Assembly: GCA_026025075.1 (NCBI GenBank)
Contig: JAPEUI010000076.1
Span: 1-64,000, forward strand
DNA: 64,000 nucleotides
Source: Vezdaea acicularis
Lineage: Eukaryota
Direction of reading: 5' to 3'
Below are positions 1 through 13,068 of the stretch, one piece after another. The notes below the pieces were generated by a model. That model saw only the letters and a program-made list of their open reading frames with translations, searched no databases and was not told where the DNA came from. Made by a program: the position numbers and the translations under genes. Each line of letters starts with the position of its first letter. Position 1 is the stretch's first letter.

Positions 1-325
1 TTCTCAGACTGCTCTACTCACTTCCAGCCCTGAGTACTACCAGCAGACCAGCTTGCTACACTTTTTCCTTGCGGAGTTCCGACCAGTGGAAGAAGGCCTT
101 TGCACATTCTCATATCCGTTTGTCCACAGCATCCATACTGTAGGTTCTTAGTGTTGTCCTTGCCCTTTGAGATATGCAGTTACTTACGGGATATTGCATG
201 TACTGATTCGGAGCATCAGTTCGATACGGATTATTCTGGCCCCCAAGAGGCGGCGGATAGATCAACTGCATGTGGGCCAGCCCACCGGCAGCGAAACCCA
301 TCAGAGCAATGATCTTGAGCTTCAT
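1..325 (-). CDS. Secreted AA11-like lytic polysaccharide monooxygenase (5' part only; gene runs off the window edge)
   Basis: Signal peptide MKLKIIALMGFAAGGLA is followed by N-terminal His (HMQLIYPPP...NPY). Intron 187..138 (GTAAGT..CAG) joins to YGCCGQTDMRMCKGLLPLVGTPQGKSVASWSAGSTQGW, an AA11-like CKG...W.AG motif. The next GTGAGT donor is near position 21. Confidence 0.7.
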
Positions 326-1095
326 CTTGGATGCGGTAGTTATTCTAAAGGGGGAAAGGGGGTTTTGAGTAGGGATGTCGGTCTTCTCTCAAAGAAGGTA
401 TCAAAAGAGCGTATCCGTTTGTTCGAGAAGTAAACTGATCGACGGAACCTTCGACGAGGGTAATGCTTTGTGAGCGATCAGAAGCTTAAATAAAAAAACT
501 CTAAGAGAGTGAATGGCAAAGAAGGAAAGTCATCAAGTTCGTGTCTGCTTTTTTATCTGACGGTGAATAATGGTGCTCTTCAGAGTGTTGGAGCATACTC
601 ACGACCATAACTTAGAGCAAGCAAGTCGCGACGACAACACAGGGAAGAATCACAGGTCCAGCCATGATCTTCTCCTAGTGATATGATTCTACAATATCAA
701 AGAATTTTCGCCCTATGCTATCACCGTTTTATATATCCATATCAGAAACTGCCCCTCTCCCCTGACGGCTATCAAGCGAGCAAACCAGCGCCGAGGACAG
801 GTGCATGCAGGCCCGTTTCACCATGCAGGAGCCCTCGATTCGCGACGCTACGACTTATCCTAACGGGAGGATCCCTGTGTTCATCCAACCACGAGACATG
901 GTGGGCAGGCACATGGGTGACGCTCGAACTGCGACAGGGTTTCGTGAAGAGACGTTACATGATGGATGCAGGCAGGATGATATCTTGATACGATATGCGA
1001 AGATTTATCTAAAGTACGCACGGACCAACTGCAGCCGCCAAGGGGCTTGAGAGCGCCTGCAAAGGCTATCAAGGGCAGCGATCACGAGGGCGTGA

Positions 1096-2168
1096 CTAGT
1101 CCTTGGCACAGACTAAAGCAGTGCGCGGAGACCGAGTCTGGTTTCGGTCAAACTTCAAGAAATGGTTTTTATCAATCAATATCCATTCCTTGTCTTTGTA
1201 GGTTGTCGGCTCGCTAGCAACGATGAGATGCTTGCCATGTTCTTCTGCAGGTTGCTTCGCCTTCGAATTACCCTCACCATCTGCATGATCGGGGTACTTC
1301 CGATTGAGCGTTACACCTGCAGTTTCGGAGTAATACAATGAGGGCGGTTGCTCTGTGGGATGATTGCGGTATCGAAGTGCAATCAGATGCTCCCCATCGC
1401 TTATAGCGACATTCAAGTCATTTGGTTGCGCCTTTGACCCGAGCTTGTTTTCCTGTAGCTTGATGATCATCTGCACAGTATTCTTCAGAGCTATTTCCAT
1501 CTGTGTTGGAGAACTTGGATTCTCCCACGCTCTCTTTCCCTCTCCGCCCGCTAGATATGTCATAAACATCGCTGCGACATGTTCGGAGTCTGTAGATCCG
1601 TGGATGTTCGCAAACGCATCTTTGTCCAGGAAGTTGCAGATACTTCTCTTCACCTCTAGAAAGTCCGAGACATAGCCATTGTGCATGATAGTATAACGAC
1701 CAAAGATGAACGGATGATTGTTGACCGGGGTCACGGGGGTGGCAGTTGCTGCACGAATGTGAGCAAAGCATACCTTAGTAGCAGTATTGGCACAGATGCT
1801 TCGGAAGTTCAAGTCGTTCAGAGGAGGCTGAATTGTCCTGTAGAGAGCAGGACGGTCGCCCTGGCATTCATCGAATGAATCCCTAGATGGAGTATACCAG
1901 GCGACTCCCAAACCATCAACATTGAAAAGCCTATTACGCGCTGCAACCTCCTCAGCGGTGGTAGTCTGTACAGAGTTGTGGGAAAGTAACTTGGGCAGGT
2001 AGTGTTCGTGCACTTGTTTAGATCTGCATTGGAGGAAGCTTGTTAAATGTGCAAATTTGACTGGCGGCGCAACATAATGATGGCTCACAATGAATGTTTA
2101 GGTATGATGAGCACGTCTTCAAGCAGACAATCTTCATCCTTCGAGATGTATACGAACCATCGACACAT
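1096..2168 (-). CDS. DUG3: Class II glutamine amidotransferase (Ntn-hydrolase), DUG3-like
   Basis: True start is MCRWFVY at 2168 (Cys2 nucleophile), with an intron at about 2088-2029. Motifs NVDGLGVAWY, FAHIRAAT, NNHPF, MHNG, GSTDSEH and IVASEP. Confidence 0.85.
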
Positions 2169-2890
2169 ATTGAACGGCAGATAACAATGATGGCTTATAG
2201 TGAAATCCCTACTTTAGGATTTATAGAGCCAAGAATTGAGAACGATTTAACCCTTCTGGTTCAGTCCAAATTAAGGCAGAGAGCACTTGGAATTGAGGGT
2301 AATTGTGTCATGGCAGTAGCCGACATTCCAAGTTTCTCGCCAGCCAATGACCTGAAAGTGGCTTACCTTCACAGGGTACCTAGTTATTTGCATGATCTAT
2401 GACTGAACACACTTTATACTTCGTGACAGAACATGGCGCGAAAACGTTGATTTCCGTAAATGTTAGCGCCGTCTCCTTATAGGGAATTCAGCCTTACAAG
2501 GCGTTAAAAGCCAGAAAACGCTAAGCGACATTGGTCTGCCCATGGAGATACTTCCGTTAGCTCGAAAATGTTTAATCCTTTGGAGGCAGCACAGCCCCTA
2601 AAAAAGATGAAAGTGAATCATCTGACCTCCGAAAGGGTCGTAAGAGGAATTCCAGTCTCTTTCATTGGCCAATTGCTGTTGCCAAGGCTAACTGTGGCTG
2701 ATTCGGATCGAGGGCGCAGTGAGTCACAGCAGTCCGTAGACTCATCGAACATCCGTGACGCAGAGGACATCGGCTCTTGCCAAACAACATAAAAGGAAGA
2801 ACAGAATCCCTCGAATGTCGTCTTCTCACTTTATCGCTTTCCAGCGCGATCGCTTTTGCGCTCTCGCAACTTTCCAATATTCTACAAATC

Positions 2891-3250
2891 ATGGGCCAGC
2901 GCCATAATCGAAGAAGAACGAGGTCTCGAATACACAATCGCTCGCACAGCATCCAGCCACAAGGAGACAAGACCAACATAACCTCTTCGGTGCCGGGAGA
3001 CCTCTCTCTAGGCCGTCCGTCCCCTCTACGCCCCTTTACACCTGAACTTGATCCTCCAGTAGTTCTCACAAGAAACCAATCGTCAACTCTCGAACACCGT
3101 GGACGATCGACTCTTCGACAACACTCTCAGATCTCTGACCAGCAACGTATATTCGGCGGCGAAAATGGTGACGGCTCGGATCTGTGCGATGAGATGATCC
3201 GGGTAGTGATCGGGCTTTTTGGTGGAGTGGATTATATCGACCCTCTCTAA
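2891..3250 (+). CDS. Small hypothetical protein (basic N-terminus MGQRHNRRRTR, acidic C-terminal tail)
   Basis: Uninterrupted ORF from ATG 2891 (aatcATGg) to TAA 3250 with protein-like composition. No recognised domain. Confidence 0.5.
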   Translation: MGQRHNRRRTRSRIHNRSHSIQPQGDKTNITSSVPGDLSLGRPSPLRPFTPELDPPVVLTRNQSSTLEHRGRSTLRQHSQISDQQRIFGGENGDGSDLCDEMIRVVIGLFGGVDYIDPL

Positions 3251-4753
3251 AACTGGCTGAGACGCCCTCGGGCGTTCGGAAACAAGCAGCATTGTCCACC
3301 TCGGGACCTCAGAGTCTTCAGCAAACACATCGCCCTATTCGATGCTTCCGGAAGCTCTGCCGCTCATTACTCTCCTACGTCTAGTTCGATTACTTTACCT
3401 TCAATTCTCGGGGGAGAGGACTTGGCAGCGGCACAAGCATGATGGGCTCAGACTCCAGGTCAGAGGCGTGGGACAACATGAGCGACGGCTAGTAGCAGTG
3501 ACCACCTACCTGATCGCGCGGTCGGCTCGACGGGGCCAGCGGGGAAGGAGGTGCGATCGGTCCATAAAGCTCATCCCTAGGACTCTGATTTCTCTGTATG
3601 CGGCGGAAGGAAGGAAACTTAGGAAGCACGTCAGCTGTGTGCACTGACAGATGGCAACGTACCGCTGAGCTCGCTGGCAGACAATTTAAGAGAAGAAGAA
3701 AAGAGAAATGAGTAAAGTGGGCTGGTGCGTGTGCTCGAGCGGGACTTGTGCCGTCTCTGAGCTCCCCAGCGGCGGAAAACAAAAGGAGAGACCAGAGCCA
3801 AAGCCAGTTGCGTGCTCGTGGTAGACTGCCATCTGTTGTAGCTGCTCTCTGATGATGCGAATATAATTTAGATAGCGCGGTTCGGGGCAGGAGGAGAACT
3901 ATCAATGCATTGTTGCCCTTTTTTCAAGATAATCCATAATGCCTTTGACTGTGACCGTGCCATGATTTCAAAAAATTTGGGATCGAGTCTGTGTAATTTG
4001 ACAACAAACCTTATCGTGCCAAGACAAGTGATGGCCCGCGCACACTCCCGTTGAAGAGAAGCCCCAGTTCTCTAGGATTCACCACGCTGTGACTGATCTA
4101 GTGGATCGTCGTCACATGCATCTCAATGGTCTAGGCAGTTAACTGCTTGCTGCTGCCACCGCATCGGCGCAAGCCACATCCCTCCCGTTCGTCCACCGCA
4201 AAATTTCGCCAAACCCTAAATAGTTTGGCGGCGGACGGTGGACCGCCTGAAACGGATTAGAATGCTAGAATGTGGCGAGCTGACAACGTGCGCTCTTCAC
4301 TACACCAAACAAGGCTGAAGTCGGCGCTTTGCCTCCAACGCTGATAGTGGCATCAAGCTGGGAGGACATAACTGGTCAGATATCAAGCTTCTTCGCGGAA
4401 CGGCAACGCTTCCTAGATTTGGGACGCCTCGACCGCTCGATCATGAGGGGCTACACCAGCGTGGCTTGCAGCCATCACCAAAATGTTCGACTAGACCTGA
4501 TTGCAGATTCCAGAAGGCATGCCCACCACGAGTTATCCAGGCGGCTTGTGGACGCCAACATGGCTCAGCGATGCGTTAGATCCGGGCCAATCCTCAAAAA
4601 GCGAGGACGTCCGAGAGATGGCTGCTCGTAGCTACATATAAGGACGACAAAGCTTCATTAAAATCTGCCCGAGGTTGCCTATTTATGTGTCGGCGATGAG
4701 ATCAACTTCATCGCTCATAACTCGGATCTGCCTCCATCTACAGAGGATCCACG

Positions 4754-6887
4754 ATGTCGAACGACGAGTATGGCACCTCGTGGGTGAAAGACTGGTATCG
4801 GCCGGTTTCATATGTTAGCTCGCAGGCTCCTCTGCGCACATTGGACAGAACATCGTCGATACTCGATGACCCGCCACGATCACCTACTACAGCACTTGGC
4901 CCCCAACATCCCACACGGCCCTCTCATGTTAGAGTCAAAAGCGCTGCAACATCAGAAAGAAATCTACGTCATGGTCTGCCAGACACGTGGGAAACAACCC
5001 GAAGGGAGGAGGTGTTTGGTAACCAGCGAGCTTCTTTTTATAAAGAAGGGGGTGCCACATCTGAGAAGCCCGTACGGGACTCGATGTTTTCTGGACAATC
5101 TTCCTTAGACGAACCAAGTGGACTGAAGAATAGCATGCCTACGACACTCAGCTGGCGCTTTTATGCATCCTTTGGCTGTCTCTGCGTAGTCAACCTAGTC
5201 TGTGCTCTTGACGCTACCAGTTTATCGGTGGCACTACCTGTAGGCAGTGTTTGGGCCCTACTTCAGCATCAATAGCTCATCAGAATCATAGACAATCGCC
5301 CAGAAACTTCATGGAACTGCCATCGAAGCATTCTGGTCCGGTACTTCTTTCCTACTGACCAGTACCGTCTTCCAACCATCATGGGCCCAGTTCTCGCATA
5401 TCTTTGGGCGAAAACCGATGCTCTTGAGCGCTCTTTTTCTTTTCACAATAGGAGCGATAGTCTGTGGCCTAGCGAAAAACTTCACAGTCCTCCTAATCGG
5501 TCGGTGCGTCCAAGGAGCTGGTGGAGGCGGGATTGTCGCCCTCACATATGTGATTACGACAGACTTAGTGACGTTGAGGGAGCGAGGGAAGTGGTTTGGC
5601 CTGATAAGCATGCAATGGGCAATTGGCAGCGTCACAGGACCGATTGTTGGAGGTGCTTTTGCCCAAAAGGCGTCTTGGGTAGGTTTTTGTTTAACTCGGG
5701 CTTTGGCGTTCTCATGCAAAAGAACTGGTTTTCCTAGAACCTAGAGCTAATCATGCTTCTTCTAGCGCTGGATATTCTGGATCAACCTTTTCTTCTGTGT
5801 TCCCGCCTTCATCTGCATCCCTCTCTTCCTTCGCCTTGCCTATATTCCCACTTCTTGGCTGCAAAAACTCCGCCGCGTTGACTGGCTCGGCTCCTTCATC
5901 TTCATCTCATCCCTTACCAGCTTCCTGATTCCCATCACCTGGGGCGGAATAATGTATCCGTGGTCATCCTGGCGTGTACTCGTCCCCCTTATCCTCGGTG
6001 CCGGTGGCATCGTCGCCTTCGTCATCTACAGCAGATTTGTCCCCGCCGAACCTCTAATCCGCGGCTCGATCTTTGTTAAGAAGAGCGCGCTGGTTAGCTA
6101 CGCTGGTACAGTGCTCCATGGCACCATCCTGTGGTCCATCCTCTACTATCTCCCGCTTTATTACCAGTCCGCGAAGCACTTCTCTCCCATCCTTAGCGGA
6201 GTTGCTGTCCTTCCCCAGACTTTCACCGTAGCGCCAAGCTCGGTCATTGTTGGCCTGCTTATCACGCGGACGGGACGCTACCTGCCTTTTATATTGACGG
6301 GTTGGGCGCTCACGACGTTCGGAATGGGTCTCCTAGTTTTGCTCAAAACCGAAACCACGACCGTCTCCTGGATCTTCCTCAACCTCGTCTCGGGTCTTGG
6401 CTTAGGAATTTTATACCCGGCAATGAGCTTCGCCATCCAGGCTGCGAGTACAGACGCCGACCTGCCCTTCGCGGCCGCGATGTTCAGCTTCTTCCGCGCT
6501 TTAGGCCAAGCAATCGGTGTCGCTGTCGGGGGTTCCGTCTTCCAGAACAGCATGCGCAAGAAACTCGCTGCATCCTCGTTAGCCATCCTGCGAAACAACG
6601 CGGACGCCTACAGTCGGGACGCCTCCTCTCTCATCGAGGTCGTCAAGCAACTCCCACTATTCAGCGAAGAACGCGTCGTGCTCGTGCATGCGTACGTCGA
6701 TAGTCTGCGGACGGTCTGGATCGTCATGTGTGCGCTAGCTGGTCTCGCTCTGCTCCTCGCCGTGGTCGGCACGCGCGAAGAGGGCCTGGATCGGGAATTG
6801 AAGACGGAGCAGGGTTTTAGGCATGAGGGCGAGAAGAGACCGGACATGGAGCAGGGAAGAAAAGGAAGTTTCGCTAGTATTGGATAG
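4754..6887 (+). CDS. MFS drug:H+ antiporter, 14-TMS (DHA2-like)
   Basis: Exons 4754-5239, 5292-5678, 5766-6887. Motifs ALDATSLSVALP, SHIFGRK, GRCVQGAGGGG, GPIVGGAF and WRWIFWINL, plus many TM helices. Confidence 0.92.
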
Positions 6888-7176
6888 GGGAAATCTAGGT
6901 CGGATCGGGGAGGTTTTGATTTTTTAGCGTGCACAGATATTCCAGTGGTTTGGCTGAGCATTTACGTTTGCCTTTCACGATTTATGAGGGACGCGAAAAA
7001 TGCATAACGTCTTTATAGATCTACCTGTCTATAGAGAACAGCATTGGCTAGTAGCCGCTTATCGTCTAAGTAAGAGTCTCTGGATAAGTTAGCTTCACGC
7101 GTAGTCTTCGTGATACATGTATATATAATAACAAACGTATCTAGTGGGTGACCCCTCGCCCAACTTGATCCGCCCC

Positions 7177-10100
7177 TTAGAAGATATCCTCGACCCTGTC
7201 CCATCTCCCTTCCTCCCTACTTCGCCAGTATTCTCCCCCAAATATCCAATAGTCCTCGCCCGTCACCGTGCACCTCCCTTTCGTAAACCATTTCGACTCA
7301 AACTCTTCCCCCTTTTCCTCCCTCTCCCTCCGTTTCGCCCGTTGCTTCTCCTCAACCCGATTCTTCTCCGTCGCCGCAAAGTCATATTCGCCGTCCTCCA
7401 TCGCACGCTGATCGGGCCGTAACCGCGTATCGGTCGGCGGTAGCAGGGGGCGTAGCCGCTCTGGAAGCGCATTCAGCGTCAGCACGAAGGGCGTGAGATT
7501 GAACGGAATGCCAGTTGGTCTTTTGTGCGCCTCCCAGACTAAGAAGGCCTGGTTGACCTCTGTCGGCTTGCTACTCGGCCCCGCTGAGACACCGTGCGGC
7601 GGAGTGACGACGGCGTCATACCCAGGCGTCAGGCGCGCATATATCTTGCTGTTCCAATGCCCGCCGATGCTCCAGCGCTGCGTGCCGTCTGCGTCGAGCA
7701 CTTTGCCTTTGACCTCGTAGGCAGAGCTGGCACGCCAGCCGCGCTGTTTGAAGTCAAGGTGGCATACTTCATTCGTACTCCAATTACGGACCTCCATTGG
7801 CCCGTAGTTATCAACAGTGGGCGAGCCAGTGATAATGCCCACAACAGAGGAGGTTACCTTTTTCCATGTGTAGAGCTCCTCCGGGGCCCCGTTGGTGGGG
7901 CGCAGCTTTAGAAACCAGGTTCCAAGTGGGTTAATGTCAAAGGATTTGCCGTAAAACTTTGACTTCACGGCAGATTCACCCTGGGTGGCTTATTAGAATA
8001 TCTTTCTAAAAATGAACTTGTGATGCAGGGCACGTACATAGTAATCCCATTTGGGAGATTCGGCGTAGGCAGCGCCAATGGGTGGATGATGGCTGACTTG
8101 CTCGATGAAAAAGCGGTAACCCTTATCTGGGCGAACGTACTCATATGTTTCACCGAGTAGCGGATTGAACGGTTTCGCAACACGTCCAATCGTGGATGCA
8201 TATTCACTAGCTGCAAAAGCTGCAACATATACCATACGCTCAGTCGAGTCACCACGGTCGGCAGCGGTGTCGAGGAGATCGGTGTACTCCATGTCTTCCG
8301 CAACTCGCTGAAGTAGAGATGTTGGCTCGTTAAAGGACACGGGTAAGGTCATCTTCGTCATGTCCTTCCCAATCATGGATTTCAGGATGCTCTGTGAAAA
8401 TCTTGTTAGTAGTAATAGCAAGCGCTGAAGGATTCACAACATTACCCAGAGCGATATCTTGGGTCGGTCATCCGCATCCATCTTTAACTTCTCCCTTATA
8501 GGATCCTCATAGCCCCTAAATGACGTCTGAATATTTTTCCTCTTTATCTCGCAAATAGTTCCACCGTCTCCAGCTGGAGGGCTCGTTGCACTAGGTGGCA
8601 GATCTTCCACAACCTGAACTTCACCTGCATCGACTGCGTCGAAGAACTCTTCGTCATCGTCCTCCTCGGAGTCCGAAAGATTTGTCATTTGCGCGATGGT
8701 GGATTTTCTCCGCATGGAATAAGCACCAACAGACTTACGACGTGAGACTTTGCTGTCGCCATCCACTTCCAGCTTGCGGAGAGCCTGAGATACCTGTTCA
8801 GGCTGTTCTCCACCTCGGCTTGGAGGTTGACTTGTGCCAAACTCTAATACTTCTCGCAATGCTCTCTTCGTTCGCTTCCGCTTGTCTTCCGACTCCCCCA
8901 TACGACCTTCGAGTGCTTCCTGCTCTTTCGCAAGCCGCGCCATGTTGTCTTCCCAAAGTCGTCTAACATCGGCCTCACGGTCGAGTCGATATTGCCAATA
9001 CGCGTCACGATCCCGCGAGATCTTGAGTAAGTCCCCTACGAGACCATTTAAGCTCCGTACGGCATTCTCATAAGATGCAACGGCCTGTACCACAGTTGGG
9101 TGAGAAATAGGTAGCGTCGGATTTTTCGACTTCTCTGCTTGGAGTGCCGCAGAGACTTGAGCAAGCAGATCCAGTTGCAGTCGAGCAGACTGAGCAGTAA
9201 TGTTGAAGGCATCTTTGCTGGCAGGTTGAGCTTCGTGACTGCTAGCGTCATCACCATATTCCTCGTCATCATCGACGTCACCTTCAATGGTGGCGGTGCC
9301 AGCATAGCTTGTCACTCTTCCCATCTCTGGCATGCTGTGCTCGTAAGATCCATATGCAGTCGTTCCATCTTCTTCCATAACACTGCCGGCAGCAGTACTT
9401 GTCCCACCGAAGGTGACACGTGAGCCTGAGATCGGTATAGAGGATGCAGGTACCAGATAACGACTGCTTCTATTCCTGTGCACATTCGTAGGGTCTATAT
9501 GTCCTTGACTAGCATCTTGGTCTTTCTGTGGTGTTTTATCTCGTTGATCATGCTTTGCTTGTCGAAATAGCTCCTCATCTTTAACCTTTTTTCTCTGCTC
9601 TTCTCTTGCCTCATCCTTGGCCCATTGAATGGCGTTATTGAGCGCCCAGTACCAACGCTTGGCTTCAACGTCATGATTTGCCTTCAGATGGTACTTTACA
9701 GATGATTTCCCAAGGATCTCAAACCTCTGTTTATCCTGGGGGTCCATCCACAGCTTCGCGATACGCATATTGATTGCCCCTCGACAGGCAGATCCAGCAT
9801 CATCTATAAAGGCCATGAATAAGGTGAAAATCTCAGGATGGGGCGATCACTTTACCTTGGTGCTTGTAATAACTTAAGACTCCATCCTCTAAAACGAACC
9901 ATCGCAATTTATAACCACCGGTGTAATTGGTCCATTTCTTGAGGTATCCTTTCATCTCTCTACCCTCTTTTCCTGCTACAGCGCTATCAGCAGCCGAAGT
10001 TTGGCCCGAGGATGCAACAGCCTGGGCATTTGCATTCCCTAACACAGCTTTCTCTTGAATTCCCCGTTGGGCCGCGACAGCTGCTGGCGACCGCTTGAGC

Positions 10101-11314
10101 ATAGCCTTAGTCTTATCGTCCTTAGTAACTTCTTGGGGAAGTTTTCCTTTCTTATCCCGGCGAAAGGGGTCAGCACCATGTAAAAGCAAAGTCTCAATAA
10201 GACGTAAATCTCTCTTCCGTGCCGCCTCGTGGAGTAGAGTTCCACCCGCATGCACAGTGGTAGGATCCGTGACTAGCTCGCCGCTGTTAAGGTCCAAGAC
10301 AGTCTGAACTCGAGATTCCTCAAGCACCTTGCCAAGAGCTTCATAATCATTGTTCGCAACAAGCGCTTGTATTTCCTTAACTTTACTGTCAAAGAAAAGA
10401 GATCTGGATAGCTGAAGTTGCTGGAATATATCCGGCGTCCGCGCTAAGTCGATCGGCAATCGCCCTTGGTAGTTTGCAACTGAATCGTTTACATTGGACT
10501 GGGCAAGCAGCAGCTTGACTACGGGTGGCCGACCTAACATCGCTGCCAGATGCAGTGGGGTGTTTCCATCACGATCTCGAGCATTAATGTCAATGACTGG
10601 ATCCGATCCTGTTGCAGCTGTAGATACGACAAACTCAACCACGGGCACATCAGCACACTGTATCGCTAGATGTAAAATCGTAGTTCCCTCAAGTGGGCCA
10701 ACATGACTCCTCACAGACGATGTGCTCGGTCGTGCTTCTCCATCCTCGATGCCGCCACTAGCTGTCTCTTTAATACCTCTAGCTATTGCCGCGGTGTCAC
10801 CACTTCTTAAAGCCTCGAATATCCGGAATGTTCGCACGGATTGCTCAATCGATGCACCCTTCTCTACTGACAATTGCGCCGAAGAACTCGCATTGCTTCG
10901 AATTGGTGAAGGTGGGACGAGGTTGCTTGAAGAGTCACCTCCAGGCGGTATATTGGTCGAGAGCCCGGCCCTGCTGCGCAAGGAGGGAACAGGTGCAGAA
11001 GGCGGCGCATTGGAGGGGACCTGCGAGTTTAAGGAGCCCGTGGACGAGCCAGCTTCAGAGGACGTCTTTCCCAAGTTACTTCTACTCTCCACATGCTCCT
11101 TTGTTCGCTCTCGATGCAAAAGCGCCAGCGCCCGTGAAGACTTAGAACGCTTATGACTAGGCCCAAACCTGAGGTCAGCAAAGCTCTAGAAAATCATAAC
11201 ATGCAGAAGACTAGAGGCAGCCAAGATCTTAATCTGAGCCGAAAGATGAGGATCTAGGATATTTTAGAGATCAATGGAGTGTGAGGTTTACCTTTCTAGA
11301 CCTTTGTCGGACAT
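7177..11314 (-). CDS. OSH1: Oxysterol-binding protein with ankyrin, PH, FFAT and ORD domains (Osh1/Osh2 type)
   Basis: ATG 11314 (MSDKGLER, then intron). Ankyrin [12 protein letters not shown] domain [36 protein letters not shown] signature EQVSHHPP and [12 protein letters not shown]. Four introns. Confidence 0.95.
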
Positions 11315-11716
11315 AATCGGATGACGACTGGGTGATGAAGCAGCGCGTCCCCGCTTTACCTATACACGCTATGCTGTCCAAAGGTCAGATATGGGCGAGT
11401 AGAGACTCTGGGTTACCAAAGATGGAAGGAGATGTGTGATGCAACTTACGATTTCTCATGACACTCTATCGACCAATAGTAATCGTTGGTGGTGCGCGTC
11501 CTTTAGCTTGGGGTGACCTCTTTGGCCTGACGCTTAGGCTCGGGTGAGCACTGCTGACTATGTGCGGGGCAGAAATTGCGGAAGACCCGGTCATGAATTT
11601 GATAGACTCAGAGGTGAACGGGAATAATTCCTCAACATTGGGCATTACATTGGCGCCATTACTATTCGATAATACTAACCGTGTGAGACCCTCATTGCCT
11701 GACCAATTCTCCAAAA

Positions 11717-13068
11717 ATGCCCAAGCTTCTCAAGATCGCGGTCTCTCAGGAACACACGCTAGCAACTACAAGTCTCACTCTGTCCGCGATTGAATCTATA
11801 ACGCAACGGGCCTCAGATTTGGGAATAGATCTACTACTTTTTCCTGAAGCTTATTTGGGGGGGTATCCACGTAGTTGTTCCTTCGACGCTTCCGTTGGAG
11901 CGCGAAGTCCCGAGGGAAGGGAGCAATTTCTCAACTACTTCCACGACGCGATTGACTTAGGCGATACCCCAGGCGGCGCAGGGCATGCTTGGATAGATAA
12001 GACACTCCCCCTTGGAAAAGAGGAGAGCTTAAGAGGTGATGGCACGAGAGAAGAATTAGAAAGAATAGCTCGTGAGAGTAAAGTTTTCCTTGTTGTCGGG
12101 GTTGTAGAGCGAGCCGGAGGGAGTCTCTACTGCGCTGTAGTATATGTTGATCCATTTCAAGGTTGTCTAGGAAAAAGAAGAAAGGTCATGCCGGTATGTC
12201 TTCAATTCACGTTCTTTGGTGCAGATAAGCTGAGATACCGTAGACTGGGAGCGAGCGTCTGATTTGGGCACAAGGCTCGCCCTCCACCCTTAATGCAGTC
12301 AGTACAACTATTAAAGGAGTAAAGTTGACACTAGCAGCAGCGATATGTTGGGAAAACTATATGCCCCTCCTGAGACAAAGCCTTTATTCGCAGAATGTCA
12401 ATCTTTATCTTGCGCCGACTGCGGATCCTCGAGAGACATGGCTGCCATTGATGCAGACCATTGCCTGTGAGGGGCGGGCCTTTGTTATGAGTGCAAACCA
12501 GTGCACACGGCGGAAGGATTTACCTCCTTGGATCTTGGATGGCAAAGATGGAGCGAAGTCTAAGGAAGAGGCTGTAGCGGCGGCCACAGCATTTGCGGCT
12601 AGACGTCGTGAATCAGTTGTCACCAAGACGGAGGAGAATCACGAGATTATGTGGCCCAATCCAGTAGACGTCACAAAAACCACGAACGGTGACGCCCCGC
12701 ATGTCAATGGAAAGGGTTCACAACCCGTGGTATCCAGACCATCCAATCTTCGTAAAAGCATGTCCGTTATATCCAGCGATGATGATGAACTTCCACCAAT
12801 CTCTTCAAGCATGCACGAAGAAAAAACTTCAGGAGGGCCAGATGGCGAAGAGTTCCTTAGCCGGGGCGGTTCATGTATCGTAAGCCCCTTTGGTGAAGTA
12901 CTCGCCGGGCCTTTGTGGGAAGTTGAGGAGGGGGGACTTCTAGCCGTAGAAGTAGATTTTGAAGATTGTGAGCGAGGCAGATTCGACCTCGACGTAGCTG
13001 GAAGTTACTCGAGAAACGACGCCTTCAAGCTGACAGTCGATGGGCTTGATCTGAACCCCCCACCATAA
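11717..13068 (+). CDS. Nitrilase / carbon-nitrogen hydrolase (Nit1-like)
   Basis: Catalytic triad motifs [25 protein letters not shown] (intron about 12194-12244) and ICWENYMP. C-terminal [12 protein letters not shown]. Confidence 0.93.
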
